Shown here one piece after another: positions 47,641 to 56,663 of a stretch of 64,000 nt of DNA. The stretch is taken from positions 1,536,001 through 1,600,000 of the forward strand of contig CAWDEM010000008.1 of the NCBI GenBank assembly GCA_963801355.1, in the 5' to 3' direction. Below the pieces are notes generated by a model. It had not been told where the DNA came from. It saw only the letters and a program-made list of their open reading frames with translations, and did not search any database. The stretch is from Ignavibacteriota bacterium (GTDB taxonomy: Bacteria > Bacteroidota > Ignavibacteria > UBA10030 > UBA6906). Position numbers and translations under genes: made by a program. Numbering within the stretch: position 1 is the first letter of the stretch; every line of letters begins with the position of its first letter.

Positions 47641-48615
47641 TCATTGCTGAACAGAGTTCGCCTGGGCATGGGCAAGCAGGGCACGATAGCGGGCTGCGTC
47701 GACGTCATCGAAGAAATAGTCAACGGGATTCTGGCTCACTCCGTTGCGCCGCACCTCATAGTGCAAATGGGGTCCGCTGACGAGGCCCGTGCGCCCGCAC
47801 CGCCCGATCAATTCTCCGCGCTTCACGCTCTTGCCGGTCGGCACGAGCACCTGGGAAAGATGCCCGTACAACGAGGTGATGCCATACCCGTGGTCGAGTT
47901 CGACATGGATACCGAGGCCACCCTGTGTTCTGCCGGAGAACCGCACCACTCCGTCAGCCGCTGCGTACACATCGGCGCCGACGTCATTGATGATATCCAC
48001 ACCGTAGTGCATGCGGTACACATGGAGGACCGGATGGAGGCGCATGCCGAATCCGTTGATTGAGTAGGGTCCCGCCATTGGCTTGATGGCCGGCAGATGT
48101 GCGAAGAAGCTCTTGTTGTACTGTAGGCGGGTTTGAATCTCTTCGTAGCTTTGCTGCTGGAGCCGCACTTCGCGTGCGAGGCGGTCGATCAGCTTCTGTG
48201 ACTCTGCAAGCAGGGTGCCGGCCTCCCCGGTGAGGAACGCCGACGTGGAGGGTTCACGTGTACCGCCGATGGATGCAGATCGCGTGTCATCATCGATCCG
48301 GCGCAGGTCCACACTGACGCGGAGTTCGTTGCCCCGTTCCGCCAGCCCTTCCAGGGTTCTCTGGACGACCAGCATTTTGCGACCCATTTCGCGGACCTGA
48401 TCTTTCAGGATCCGGTTTTCCGTGGTCAGCAAGGACTTCTCGCCATAGCCGAGCCCGATAACGTCGTCGAGCAGAAGGTTGCCCAGGAGCAACAGGCCCA
48501 GGAGCCCCAATCCGAGAGCCAACCCGGAAGCGACAAGTTTGGTCTTGAAAAAGCGAACTTCGCGAAGGTCAAGCGAAGAGCTTCTAAAGACGAAGAATCT
48601 CGATTTGCGGGACAT
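47641..48615 (-). CDS. M23 family peptidase
   Basis: N-terminal TM, coiled coil, FGMRLHP, HYGVD, YGHLS and GPHLHYEV. Confidence 0.92.
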   Translation of the reverse strand: MSRKSRFFVFRSSSLDLREVRFFKTKLVASGLALGLGLLGLLLLGNLLLDDVIGLGYGEKSLLTTENRILKDQVREMGRKMLVVQRTLEGLAERGNELRVSVDLRRIDDDTRSASIGGTREPSTSAFLTGEAGTLLAESQKLIDRLAREVRLQQQSYEEIQTRLQYNKSFFAHLPAIKPMAGPYSINGFGMRLHPVLHVYRMHYGVDIINDVGADVYAAADGVVRFSGRTQGGLGIHVELDHGYGITSLYGHLSQVLVPTGKSVKRGELIGRCGRTGLVSGPHLHYEVRRNGVSQNPVDYFFDDVDAARYRALLAHAQANSVQQ

Positions 48616-48754
48616 CCGTACCTCCTTTAGTATCAGCAGCGACCCGATGAGCGGATTGCAAACGCCATGCCATGGACATATGATGGTCGAAATCCCCGTC
48701 CAACGCCTGCATCACCAACGCCCACCAGAGGAGGGTTTCTGCAAAAGCGACGGA

Positions 48755-48783
48755 AAAGTAAAGAATATTCACAGGAGTGTCAA
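48755..48783 (-). promoter_or_regulatory. Putative sigma70 promoter for the M23 gene
   Basis: TTGACA-17-TACTTT. Confidence 0.65.
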
Positions 48784-48801
48784 GGAAAAACTTCCTGTTT
48801 T

Positions 48802-49809
48802 TTACTCAAAATCGTGCTCAAAATAGTTGATTGCGCGGTTTCCTTGCCCTTTTTGCTCGATCATACCCTCCAGGCGCTTGGCCAGGACCTTGGCGGCATC
48901 ATAGCCGTAGTGCCGGAGAAGGTAATTCAGCGAAATGACCTCGGTTATGACGGTAACATTTTTACCGGGAAATATGGGAAGGCGGACAAGCGGGATATCC
49001 ACATCAAGAATCGAAAACTCCGAATTGTCAAGGCCTGTGCGTGTGTACTCATCATTCTCCCGCCAATCCTCCAACTCGACGATGATTTCCACGCGTTTCT
49101 GATACCGGATGGCACGGATGCCGAACATACTCCGGACATCGATCAATCCGAGCCCCCGCACCTCCATGAAATGTTTTACCAGATCCGTCCCCGCACCGAT
49201 GAGAATTCCCTCCCCCTTGCGGGTGATCATCACCACATCGTCCGCCACGAGCCTGTGGCCTCGTTCCACGAGATCGAGGGCGATTTCGCTCTTGCCGATA
49301 CCGGAGCGCCCCGCGAGAAGTACTCCGACACCGTAGACATCGACCAGCGAACCGTGCACCACGACTTGCGGGGCAAATTGGTCGTCGAGGAAGTCAGCCA
49401 GGAAGTACGAGATCTTTGTCGTGCTGAATTCCGTCGCGAACACGGAGATGTTCTTTGCCGCTGCAGCGTCGAGAAGGTCTTTCTCAAGCCTGTTCCCGTT
49501 TGTGAGCACGATGCAGGGAATGTCAAATTCGAGCAGTGACACAAACGCATTCCGGCGCTGCTCACCGTCCAGCGAGTTCAGATACCGGATCTCGGTATTG
49601 CCCATAATCTGCACCCGGTCAAAGGTGAACAGCCCCCGGTAGCCGGCGAGGGCAAGTCCGGGCCGGTGCAGGTTTTTGTCTTTTATATCGTTGCCGAACC
49701 CGCTCTCCCCGTTCAGGCTTTCCAGTTTGAAGCGGTCTTTTGTCGCCTCATAGAAGAATCCGACTTTGATGCTCCGCTTCCGTGTCTCGCTGCTCGGATC
49801 CAGCTTCAT
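48802..49809 (-). CDS. hprK: HPr(Ser) kinase/phosphatase
   Basis: RPGLALAG, HGSLVDVYGVG, GRSGIGKSE, LVADD and MEVRGLG. Confidence 0.96.
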   Translation of the reverse strand: MKLDPSSETRKRSIKVGFFYEATKDRFKLESLNGESGFGNDIKDKNLHRPGLALAGYRGLFTFDRVQIMGNTEIRYLNSLDGEQRRNAFVSLLEFDIPCIVLTNGNRLEKDLLDAAAAKNISVFATEFSTTKISYFLADFLDDQFAPQVVVHGSLVDVYGVGVLLAGRSGIGKSEIALDLVERGHRLVADDVVMITRKGEGILIGAGTDLVKHFMEVRGLGLIDVRSMFGIRAIRYQKRVEIIVELEDWRENDEYTRTGLDNSEFSILDVDIPLVRLPIFPGKNVTVITEVISLNYLLRHYGYDAAKVLAKRLEGMIEQKGQGNRAINYFEHDFE

Positions 49810-50138
49810 ACTTTCTCCCTGATCGTTCGCACCTTTCCTTTGTCCTTCGCACGCAGTTTGTTCTTGTACTTCTGAAGTTGCAGCATCACCTTTTCGGAAG
49901 CCAGATCAATCGACTTGTCGAAGTCCTCTGTTTCGGCTGAGGCGTTCAGGATTCCTCCGTACACCTGAAGATTGATTTCGGCGCGTTTCACACTGTTCGT
50001 CGCTCGTTCAAAGCTCAGAATCACCGTTGCACCCACGATGCCATCGTAATACTTCCCCAGCTTTTTCACGGTCTCCTGCGCATGTGCTTTCAGATCGGCA
50101 TGAGGCCGGAAATGGCGCGCGGTGAGTTTAATGTTCAT
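49806..50138 (-). CDS. raiA: Ribosome hibernation factor RaiA/HPF
   Basis: MNIKLTARHF...SIDLA...QLQKYK; SD GGAGG. Confidence 0.88.
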   Translation of the reverse strand: MNIKLTARHFRPHADLKAHAQETVKKLGKYYDGIVGATVILSFERATNSVKRAEINLQVYGGILNASAETEDFDKSIDLASEKVMLQLQKYKNKLRAKDKGKVRTIREKV

Positions 50139-50169
50139 GGTCTGCCTCCATTGAGTGTCACGACTGTCA

Positions 50170-51066
50170 TTACGACCCTTTCGGGTGTGCCTGAGCATAC
50201 ACATGTTTGAGACGATCGATGCCGACGTGCGTGTAGATCTGAGTCGTGGAGAGACTCTCGTGACCGAGAAGTTCGCGCACAGCCTGGAGATCGGCACCGC
50301 GATTGACAAGATGGGTGGCAAATGTGTGACGGAGAACGTGCGGACTGCGCTGCTGGAGATGTGCGACAGCACCGATATAGGAACTCACCAGCCGGTTTAC
50401 CCCCTTCGGGGTCATGCGCTTGCCGCGCACAGAAATGAAGACCGTTCCGGGATCCGTCAGGTTGCCGAGCATGTGCAGTCGCATCGCCATCCATCGCCGG
50501 AGGGCTTCACCGGCCTTCCGCCCGAACGGGATGATGCGCTGCTTGCTCCCCTTGCCGGTTACCTTCACGGTCTCTCCGGTTACATCGACATCCGACGGCC
50601 TCAGCGCCAGCAATTCGCTCAGGCGCATTCCCGTACTGTAGAACAGCTCGAGAATCGCCGCATCGCGCATTCCTACCGGCGTTGAGCGATCGGGCCGGTT
50701 GAGGACTTCCAGGACCGCATCTTCCTCCAGGAACTGAGGAAGCCGTCGCTCCAGACGCGGCGACGCCACGATCGCGGTAGGTACGGAGTCCACCAACCCC
50801 TTCCTTCTGAGAAACTTGTAAAAAGAACGCAAACATGCAAGCTTCCGGGCGGCACTCCGTTTGGACAGCCCCCGGTCGAGCAACGAGCCGAGGAACCGGC
50901 GGATGATCAGATGATCCACCGCCGCGACGTCACACCCGGATGCTCCAAGAAATTGTGTATAATCACGAAGATCGTCTTCGTAAGCGGCGAGGGTGTGCGG
51001 CGAGACATGACGTTCCGCCTGCAGATACTCGAAGAACATGCGGATGAAATCAACGTCCGCTGCCAC
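50170..51066 (-). CDS. xerC: Tyrosine recombinase XerC
   Basis: SPHTLAAY, RDAAILELFYSTGMRLSE, GKGSKQR, PHVLRHTFATH and LGHESLSTTQIY; housekeeping context. Confidence 0.9.
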   Translation of the reverse strand: MAADVDFIRMFFEYLQAERHVSPHTLAAYEDDLRDYTQFLGASGCDVAAVDHLIIRRFLGSLLDRGLSKRSAARKLACLRSFYKFLRRKGLVDSVPTAIVASPRLERRLPQFLEEDAVLEVLNRPDRSTPVGMRDAAILELFYSTGMRLSELLALRPSDVDVTGETVKVTGKGSKQRIIPFGRKAGEALRRWMAMRLHMLGNLTDPGTVFISVRGKRMTPKGVNRLVSSYIGAVAHLQQRSPHVLRHTFATHLVNRGADLQAVRELLGHESLSTTQIYTHVGIDRLKHVYAQAHPKGS

Positions 51067-51070
51067 TTCT

Positions 51071-53446
51071 TCACCCTTCGTTCGTCACCCGGGGCTGCTC
51101 CTCCGGCGACACTTCCGCCTTGCACGACGGACAGACCAGATAATCACCTCGGGTTTGATTGTACTTCTGCACCATGTAGCCGTTGCCGCACGTATCGCAT
51201 GTCCGGGACACAGGCTTGTCCCACGACGCAAAATCACAGTCGGGATACCGCGAGCAGCCGTAGAATACGCGTTTCCGTTTGGTTTTCCGTTCGATGACGT
51301 CGCCGTCCTTGCATTTCGGGCACTTGACCCCTATCGAGATGGGCTTGGTGTTCTTGCACGCCGGATAGTTCGAGCAACCGAGGAACGCCCCGAACCGTCC
51401 GCCCTTGATCACCATATCGCCGCCGCAGAGCTCGCACTTGAAGCCGACAACATGCTTGTTCTGTTCCTGCTCCTCGGGAAGGGGTTTTGTGTTCTTGCAG
51501 GCGGGATACCCGCTACAGGCCATGAAACGGCCGTTCCTCCCCCACTTGATGATCATCGGCTTGCCGCACACCTCGCACAGTTCGTCCGTGCTTTCCTGCA
51601 GCGACTTCTTGATGGCCGCACTTTTTTTGTCGACCCCCTCCACATCCCGTATGAAGGGATGGTAGAAGTCTTCCATCACCTGCTTGTACGATTGTTTTCC
51701 CGAGGCGATGGTGTCGAGTTCCTCTTCCATCCTTGCGGTGAAGCCCACCGTGAAAATATGCGGGAAGTGCTCGACAAGGATTTTGTTCACCGCCTTGCCC
51801 AGCTCCGTCGGATAGAGACGCCGCTCCCGCTGCTCGACGTACTTCCGTGCCTGGATGGTGTCGACGATCAGGGCGTAGGTGCTCGGGCGGCCGATACCGA
51901 GCGCTTCGAGTTCGCGCACGAGATTGCTTTCCGTGAACCTGGCCGGCGGCTTCGTGAAGTGCTGGTTTGGGAGCAGGTTGGTCAGCGCTGCATCCTGCCC
52001 CGCAAGAAGCCCGGCGGGAAGCTTGGAGACCGGATCTTCGTCGCCCGCCTTCTCCGTTTCGTCAATCATATCATCGTACACCTGCAGGAAGCCGCGGAAT
52101 ACCGGCATCGTGTCCGTCGCACGAAAGAGGTACACGCCGCCCCGGATATCCACCGTAGTCTGTTCGCTCACCGCCGCGTTCATCTGACACGCCACGAAGC
52201 GGTTCCATATCAACTCGTACAGGTCGAACATTTCCGGGTCGAGGTACTTCTTCACCGCCCGCGGTGTGTGCTTCGACGAGGTCGGCCGGATAGCTTCGTG
52301 GGCATCCTGGGATCCTTTTCCCTTCTTGAAGAGACGGGGTTCGTGCGGCAGGTATTCCTTCCCGTAGTTCTCAAAGATGTATTGCCGCACCTCCGTCACT
52401 GCATCGACGCTGAGCCGCGTGGAGTCTGTACGCATGTACGTAATGAGACCGACGCGCCCTTCGTCGCCGAGTTCGACACCCTCGTAGAGCTTCTGGGCGA
52501 GCATCATCGCGCGCTTCGCCGGAAACCTGAGTCGCCGCGCCGCTTCCTGCTGCAACGTGCTGGTGATGAACGGCGGGGGGGGATTGCGCTTAACAGGCTT
52601 CTTCTGCAGATCGGCGATGACGTACTCCTGCGCACGCAGATCTGCAATCAGCGTCTCCGCCGCGGCGCCGTCGCCGACCACAGGATCCGCACCCGACACC
52701 TTGAACAGCTTGGCAAGAAAGGGGTCGCCTCCCGCAGCGCGGAATTCGCCGATGATGGACCAGTACTCCACCGGGACGAATGCGTTGATTTCCGCCTCGC
52801 GTTCGCAGATCAGGCGTACGGCGACCGACTGTACGCGGCCGGCCGAGAGCCCGTAGAACACGGTTTTCCAGACGAACGGGGAAATTTTGTATCCCACCAG
52901 CCTGTCCATCGCCCGACGCGCCTGTTGCGAATCGACCAGGTGCTGATCGATATGGGCGGGATGCTGCATGGCTTCCGCAATGCCGCGTTCCGTGATTTCG
53001 TGGAAGAGCACGCGGAAGATGTTCTTGTTTGAAGGTTCGACTTCCTGCGCGATGTGCCAGGCAATGGCTTCCCCTTCGCGGTCAGGGTCCGTCGCGATAT
53101 ACACTGCACTGGCACCGGTGGCATGTTGCTTCAGCCGGGCGATGACCTCGTCTTTCCCCTTGATCGTTTCGTATTCCGGTGTGAAACCGGCATCCACATC
53201 AATGCCGAGTTTGCTTTTCGGAAGGTTCTTGATGTGCCCGACCGAGGGCTCGACGTGATACTCGTGCCCCAGATACTTGTTAATGGTCTTTGCTTTGGAG
53301 GGCGACTCGACGATGATCAGGGCTTTCCCCTGGGGATCAGCGCCGCGCGCCGGCACCGCTTTCGTGCGTTTTTTCCGGGGAGGTTTTGGGGTTGTCGTTG
53401 CGGGTGATTCCTCACTATCCTTCTTCTTCAGCTTCTTCACCGTCAT
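51071..53446 (-). CDS. topA: DNA topoisomerase I with C-terminal zinc ribbons
   Basis: IVESPSKAKTI, TDPDREGE, SAGRVQS, ITYMRTDS and three C4 ribbons. Confidence 0.97.
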   Translation of the reverse strand: MTVKKLKKKDSEESPATTTPKPPRKKRTKAVPARGADPQGKALIIVESPSKAKTINKYLGHEYHVEPSVGHIKNLPKSKLGIDVDAGFTPEYETIKGKDEVIARLKQHATGASAVYIATDPDREGEAIAWHIAQEVEPSNKNIFRVLFHEITERGIAEAMQHPAHIDQHLVDSQQARRAMDRLVGYKISPFVWKTVFYGLSAGRVQSVAVRLICEREAEINAFVPVEYWSIIGEFRAAGGDPFLAKLFKVSGADPVVGDGAAAETLIADLRAQEYVIADLQKKPVKRNPPPPFITSTLQQEAARRLRFPAKRAMMLAQKLYEGVELGDEGRVGLITYMRTDSTRLSVDAVTEVRQYIFENYGKEYLPHEPRLFKKGKGSQDAHEAIRPTSSKHTPRAVKKYLDPEMFDLYELIWNRFVACQMNAAVSEQTTVDIRGGVYLFRATDTMPVFRGFLQVYDDMIDETEKAGDEDPVSKLPAGLLAGQDAALTNLLPNQHFTKPPARFTESNLVRELEALGIGRPSTYALIVDTIQARKYVEQRERRLYPTELGKAVNKILVEHFPHIFTVGFTARMEEELDTIASGKQSYKQVMEDFYHPFIRDVEGVDKKSAAIKKSLQESTDELCEVCGKPMIIKWGRNGRFMACSGYPACKNTKPLPEEQEQNKHVVGFKCELCGGDMVIKGGRFGAFLGCSNYPACKNTKPISIGVKCPKCKDGDVIERKTKRKRVFYGCSRYPDCDFASWDKPVSRTCDTCGNGYMVQKYNQTRGDYLVCPSCKAEVSPEEQPRVTNEG

Positions 53447-53904
53447 CAGTGTATCGTGTCCTCGTTATTTAACATGGAGTGGCCCCCGCCGCCGGAGGGC
53501 CGTTCCCCGGAGAAGAGCACCGTCGCCACGATGTCCCGCACTTCCTGGACAGTCAGCCCGGCATATCCGGATGACATGGCGCGTTCAAGAACAATCTCGA
53601 CCTCGCGGTCGTTCACCAGTCCCAGTTCGATCAGCTGGATCATATAGCCCTGGGCGGCCGTCGAGAGCACCGCTTTCTCCGCTTCATGGAAGATGCGGCG
53701 CGATCCGGCGGCGGCGGCACCCGACTTGATCGATTCGATGCGGCCGGCGCGGCTGTTTTCGTACAGCCAGCTGAAGGCGGCACTGATCTCCGACGTGGTA
53801 TATCCGCGGTCGCGCAGTTGCGACAGATCCACCTCGTGCAGCGGCTTATTCTCCTGAAGTTCCGACATCAGGAACACCAGTATTTCCACAACGCGATCTT
53901 TCAT
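53446..53904 (-). CDS. DUF494 (Smg-like) protein
   Basis: EILVFL...GYTTSEISAAFSWL, RIFHEAE; upstream of topA. Confidence 0.82.
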   Translation of the reverse strand: MKDRVVEILVFLMSELQENKPLHEVDLSQLRDRGYTTSEISAAFSWLYENSRAGRIESIKSGAAAAGSRRIFHEAEKAVLSTAAQGYMIQLIELGLVNDREVEIVLERAMSSGYAGLTVQEVRDIVATVLFSGERPSGGGGHSMLNNEDTIH

Positions 53905-54344
53905 GCGATTCCCCTGCGACCTGCCGCCCGAAACATGCGTGCAAGATAGAAATCTTCCCGCTCTCGCATACGTTTCCGGTCCTCCGGCAGGCGGTCATCA
54001 TACCCCGTCAGGTGAAGCGTTCCGTGCACCACGAGACGGACAAGTTCATGTGTCCGGGTGACGCCGTATTGCCGTGCCTGCACCCGTGCGCGATCGAGAT
54101 TCACGTAGAGTTCCCCCTCGACGGCGTCCCCTTCGCCCAGAGGAAAACTGATAACATCCGTGGCGTATTCGTGGCCGAGAAAACGGCGGTTCATCCGTCG
54201 TGACAGGCCGTCGCCGACGCAGATGACTCCAATCTCTCCTGCACCGCACCCTTCACCCCGTGCGACCATGCGCACACTCCGGGCGATCAGAGACGCCGGG
54301 CATCGGGCACTGCGATGGGTGTTGGCAACGCGCACCGTCATCAT
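53901..54344 (-). CDS. ybeY: rRNA maturation endoribonuclease YbeY
   Basis: TDVISF, GELYV and HGTLHLTGYD. Confidence 0.9.
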   Translation of the reverse strand: MMTVRVANTHRSARCPASLIARSVRMVARGEGCGAGEIGVICVGDGLSRRMNRRFLGHEYATDVISFPLGEGDAVEGELYVNLDRARVQARQYGVTRTHELVRLVVHGTLHLTGYDDRLPEDRKRMREREDFYLARMFRAAGRRGIA

Positions 54345-54832
54345 GCCTTGGCGCGGCTGCGCACCCTCCGTGCCGCCGGTCTGTGCTGCTGCGCCGGCGG
54401 CTCAAGCACTGAATCCGTCAGCGAGAGTGCGACTCCCGACATCATGATCTGCGGGGCGAGAGTGGTGAAATCGCCCGACACCACCGACCGGTCGACGTTC
54501 GCGAACAGCGAGCAAGCGGCGCCCCGTTCGATGATCAGGCCCGAGAGTTTGTCACCTGCTTCCGCCACAAACGTAATTTCGCCGAGTGATTCGCTCGCGA
54601 CGAACGCGGTGCAGAAATGCAGTTGCAGGTGCGCGTTCTCCGTGAAGACCGACACCATGGTGCCGGTTTTCTTCCCGATCCGGATGTGCATGTACACTTC
54701 GAGGACGAGGGAGCGATGCGGCGCTTCGGCACCGCGAATCGCGAACCGGAGAGTGTTGCCCATCCGGTGCACAGCGGTGCCCAGCACCTTCTCGATCTTT
54801 CTGATATCGGCGGGGGTAAATGTCAGCGGCAT
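54341..54832 (-). CDS. Hypothetical protein
   Basis: Own promoter and ATGA overlap with ybeY; no family recognised. Confidence 0.65.
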   Translation of the reverse strand: MPLTFTPADIRKIEKVLGTAVHRMGNTLRFAIRGAEAPHRSLVLEVYMHIRIGKKTGTMVSVFTENAHLQLHFCTAFVASESLGEITFVAEAGDKLSGLIIERGAACSLFANVDRSVVSGDFTTLAPQIMMSGVALSLTDSVLEPPAQQHRPAARRVRSRAKA

Positions 54833-54850
54833 GAGAGCCTCGCTGGAATG

Positions 54851-54879
54851 ATGATACCCACGAATCCCGTGATTGTCAA
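54851..54879 (-). promoter_or_regulatory. Putative sigma70 promoter for the hyp-ybeY-DUF494-topA operon
   Basis: TTGACA-17-TATCAT. Confidence 0.7.
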
Positions 54880-54889
54880 GACGCGATCC

Positions 54890-55786
54890 TCACCAATCGA
54901 TCTCCATGCCCTCCGCAGCGGCAATGCAGTCGAACTTGTAGTTGCGTTTCTTGATCTCCCTCCTGCACGTCTGCAGGATCTCATCGACCTTGTCATCGCT
55001 CCGGGACTGCTCGTGGTGGAAGAGCACGAGCCGCTTGACGGCGGCTTCCGACGCCACTTTGAGCGTGAATAGATAATGTGAGTGCCCCCACCCCACATGA
55101 CTGACATATTCTTCGGGCGTGTAGGTGGTGTCGTGGATCAGAATATCCGCGCCGCGCGCAAAATCAAACACCCGCTGATTCGGATCGCCCCTCTGGCTCA
55201 AGTATTTGGCCACGACGTACTTGTCGACATTCCGCAGCGATTTGGCCACTTCGCGATCGAACGGCTCGTTGTCGCTGATATAGACAAGCGATCGTGTGCC
55301 GACGGCGAGACGGTACCCCAGCGCAAACGACGGGTGGTTCACGAACATCGACGAGAGCGTGCCGTTGAACACCGGAATCGTGTTTTCACGCATCGAATGA
55401 AACCGGATGTGCGCTTTCAACTCGTTCAGCTGCACGGGGAAGAATACCTTGTCCATCTGCGAGGCGAGCATATGCCTCAGCGTGATTTCCTTCGTCTGCG
55501 CTCCGACAATCGTTATCTCGTTGCCGGAAATGAACGCGGGCTTGAAGAACGGAAAACCCTGGATGTGATCCCAGTGCGGGTGCGTAACGGCGATCACCGC
55601 CTTGATCGACTCCCCGCGCACGATCAATGCATCTCCAAGACCCCGCAACCCCGTGCCGGCGTCGAAGATGACCAGATTGGTGTCGCTGAGACGGACCTCC
55701 ACGCATGAGGTGTTGCCACCGTAGCGTACGGTATCCTTTCCCGGTGAGGGGACGGATCCTCGGGTACCCCAGAAAGTGACTTTCAT
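54890..55786 (-). CDS. MBL-fold metallohydrolase (cyclic-nucleotide phosphodiesterase-like)
   Basis: FWGTRGSVP, YGGNTSC, DAGTG, THPHWDHIQG, GWGHS and LFHH. Confidence 0.85.
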   Translation of the reverse strand: MKVTFWGTRGSVPSPGKDTVRYGGNTSCVEVRLSDTNLVIFDAGTGLRGLGDALIVRGESIKAVIAVTHPHWDHIQGFPFFKPAFISGNEITIVGAQTKEITLRHMLASQMDKVFFPVQLNELKAHIRFHSMRENTIPVFNGTLSSMFVNHPSFALGYRLAVGTRSLVYISDNEPFDREVAKSLRNVDKYVVAKYLSQRGDPNQRVFDFARGADILIHDTTYTPEEYVSHVGWGHSHYLFTLKVASEAAVKRLVLFHHEQSRSDDKVDEILQTCRREIKKRNYKFDCIAAAEGMEIDW

Positions 55787-55844
55787 GGGAGCATCTGGCT
55801 TTGCGCGTAGTGCAGGTATATGAGGACGAACGGTGACGCCCGGG

Positions 55845-56663
55845 TTAGCCGCCTGCGCGCGGCGGCACCCATCCCTGGCGGTTCCATCTCATCAGTTCAA
55901 TAGTCACACTGCCGATGAATACCTTCATTTTCGCAAGCACCGGGATGCGCGCCTCATCGGCACTGAACCAGCCGGTGAAATCTCCGGTCAACCCGTACAG
56001 CCCTTCAAAGTCCAGCTTGCCTTCAAACTTCGTCACATCGACGGGATAGTCAATGGCATCCACCTCCACACTCGTCCGCTCTTTGTAGAAGTCGATGAAG
56101 GTGTTCACCGCCTCTTCCTTCACGACGCACGGAATGTTTACTTTCTTTCCGCTGAACAGCATTTCCCGCGCATAGAAGAACAGCGAGAGGCCGTCCTGCT
56201 GAACACCCCTCACCTGCAGCGTTTCCTTCCTGGCAACCACGGTGTCGCGCGCACCGATTTCCATGATCACGCGCTGACGGTCGTAGTCGAAGTTGTAGCG
56301 CGCAAAGTCCCACTGGTCGTCCTGCCTCACCTTCCCGACAAAACCCCGCGAGAACACCGATGCCGAGTCCATGCGGCTCTCGAACGTGGCGTGCAGATCG
56401 ACAAACGGGATGCCGCGATATGAATCAATCAGCGCCTTCCCATCGTAGGCGGCATTCCCGGACTGATGGTGTTTGCCCAGAATCTTGATGCGCACCTGTC
56501 CGAGGTCGATGAACGCGTAACGGACATTGTAGACGAGATCTTCGCCCTCGACGAAAATCCGAGACGGCGGATCGCCGCTCACCTGCGCGCACGCAGGTAA
56601 TGGAGGAAGGACGGCTGCAGAGACAAGAAGTGCGGCGGCCGCACAGATCAGCATCTTCTTCAT
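55845..56663 (-). CDS. DUF3108-family secreted protein
   Basis: Signal peptide; GEDLVYNVRY, DGLSLFFYAR and WFSADEARIPV. Confidence 0.75.
   Translation of the reverse strand: MKKMLICAAAALLVSAAVLPPLPACAQVSGDPPSRIFVEGEDLVYNVRYAFIDLGQVRIKILGKHHQSGNAAYDGKALIDSYRGIPFVDLHATFESRMDSASVFSRGFVGKVRQDDQWDFARYNFDYDRQRVIMEIGARDTVVARKETLQVRGVQQDGLSLFFYAREMLFSGKKVNIPCVVKEEAVNTFIDFYKERTSVEVDAIDYPVDVTKFEGKLDFEGLYGLTGDFTGWFSADEARIPVLAKMKVFIGSVTIELMRWNRQGWVPPRAGG

Noticed and set aside
48584-48772. 62-aa ORF as a leader peptide
   Set aside because: Its start lies inside the predicted promoter spacer, so it would not be on the transcript.
50170-51066. Phage or island integrase
   Set aside because: XerC-like size and motifs within a housekeeping operon; no att sites, tRNA or cargo seen.
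51038-53032. 664-aa plus-strand ORF
   Set aside because: Antisense shadow of topA.
54890-55786. MBL phosphodiesterase as part of the CHASE2 cAMP system
   Set aside because: It is about 34 kb away in a housekeeping region; no sequence evidence of linkage.
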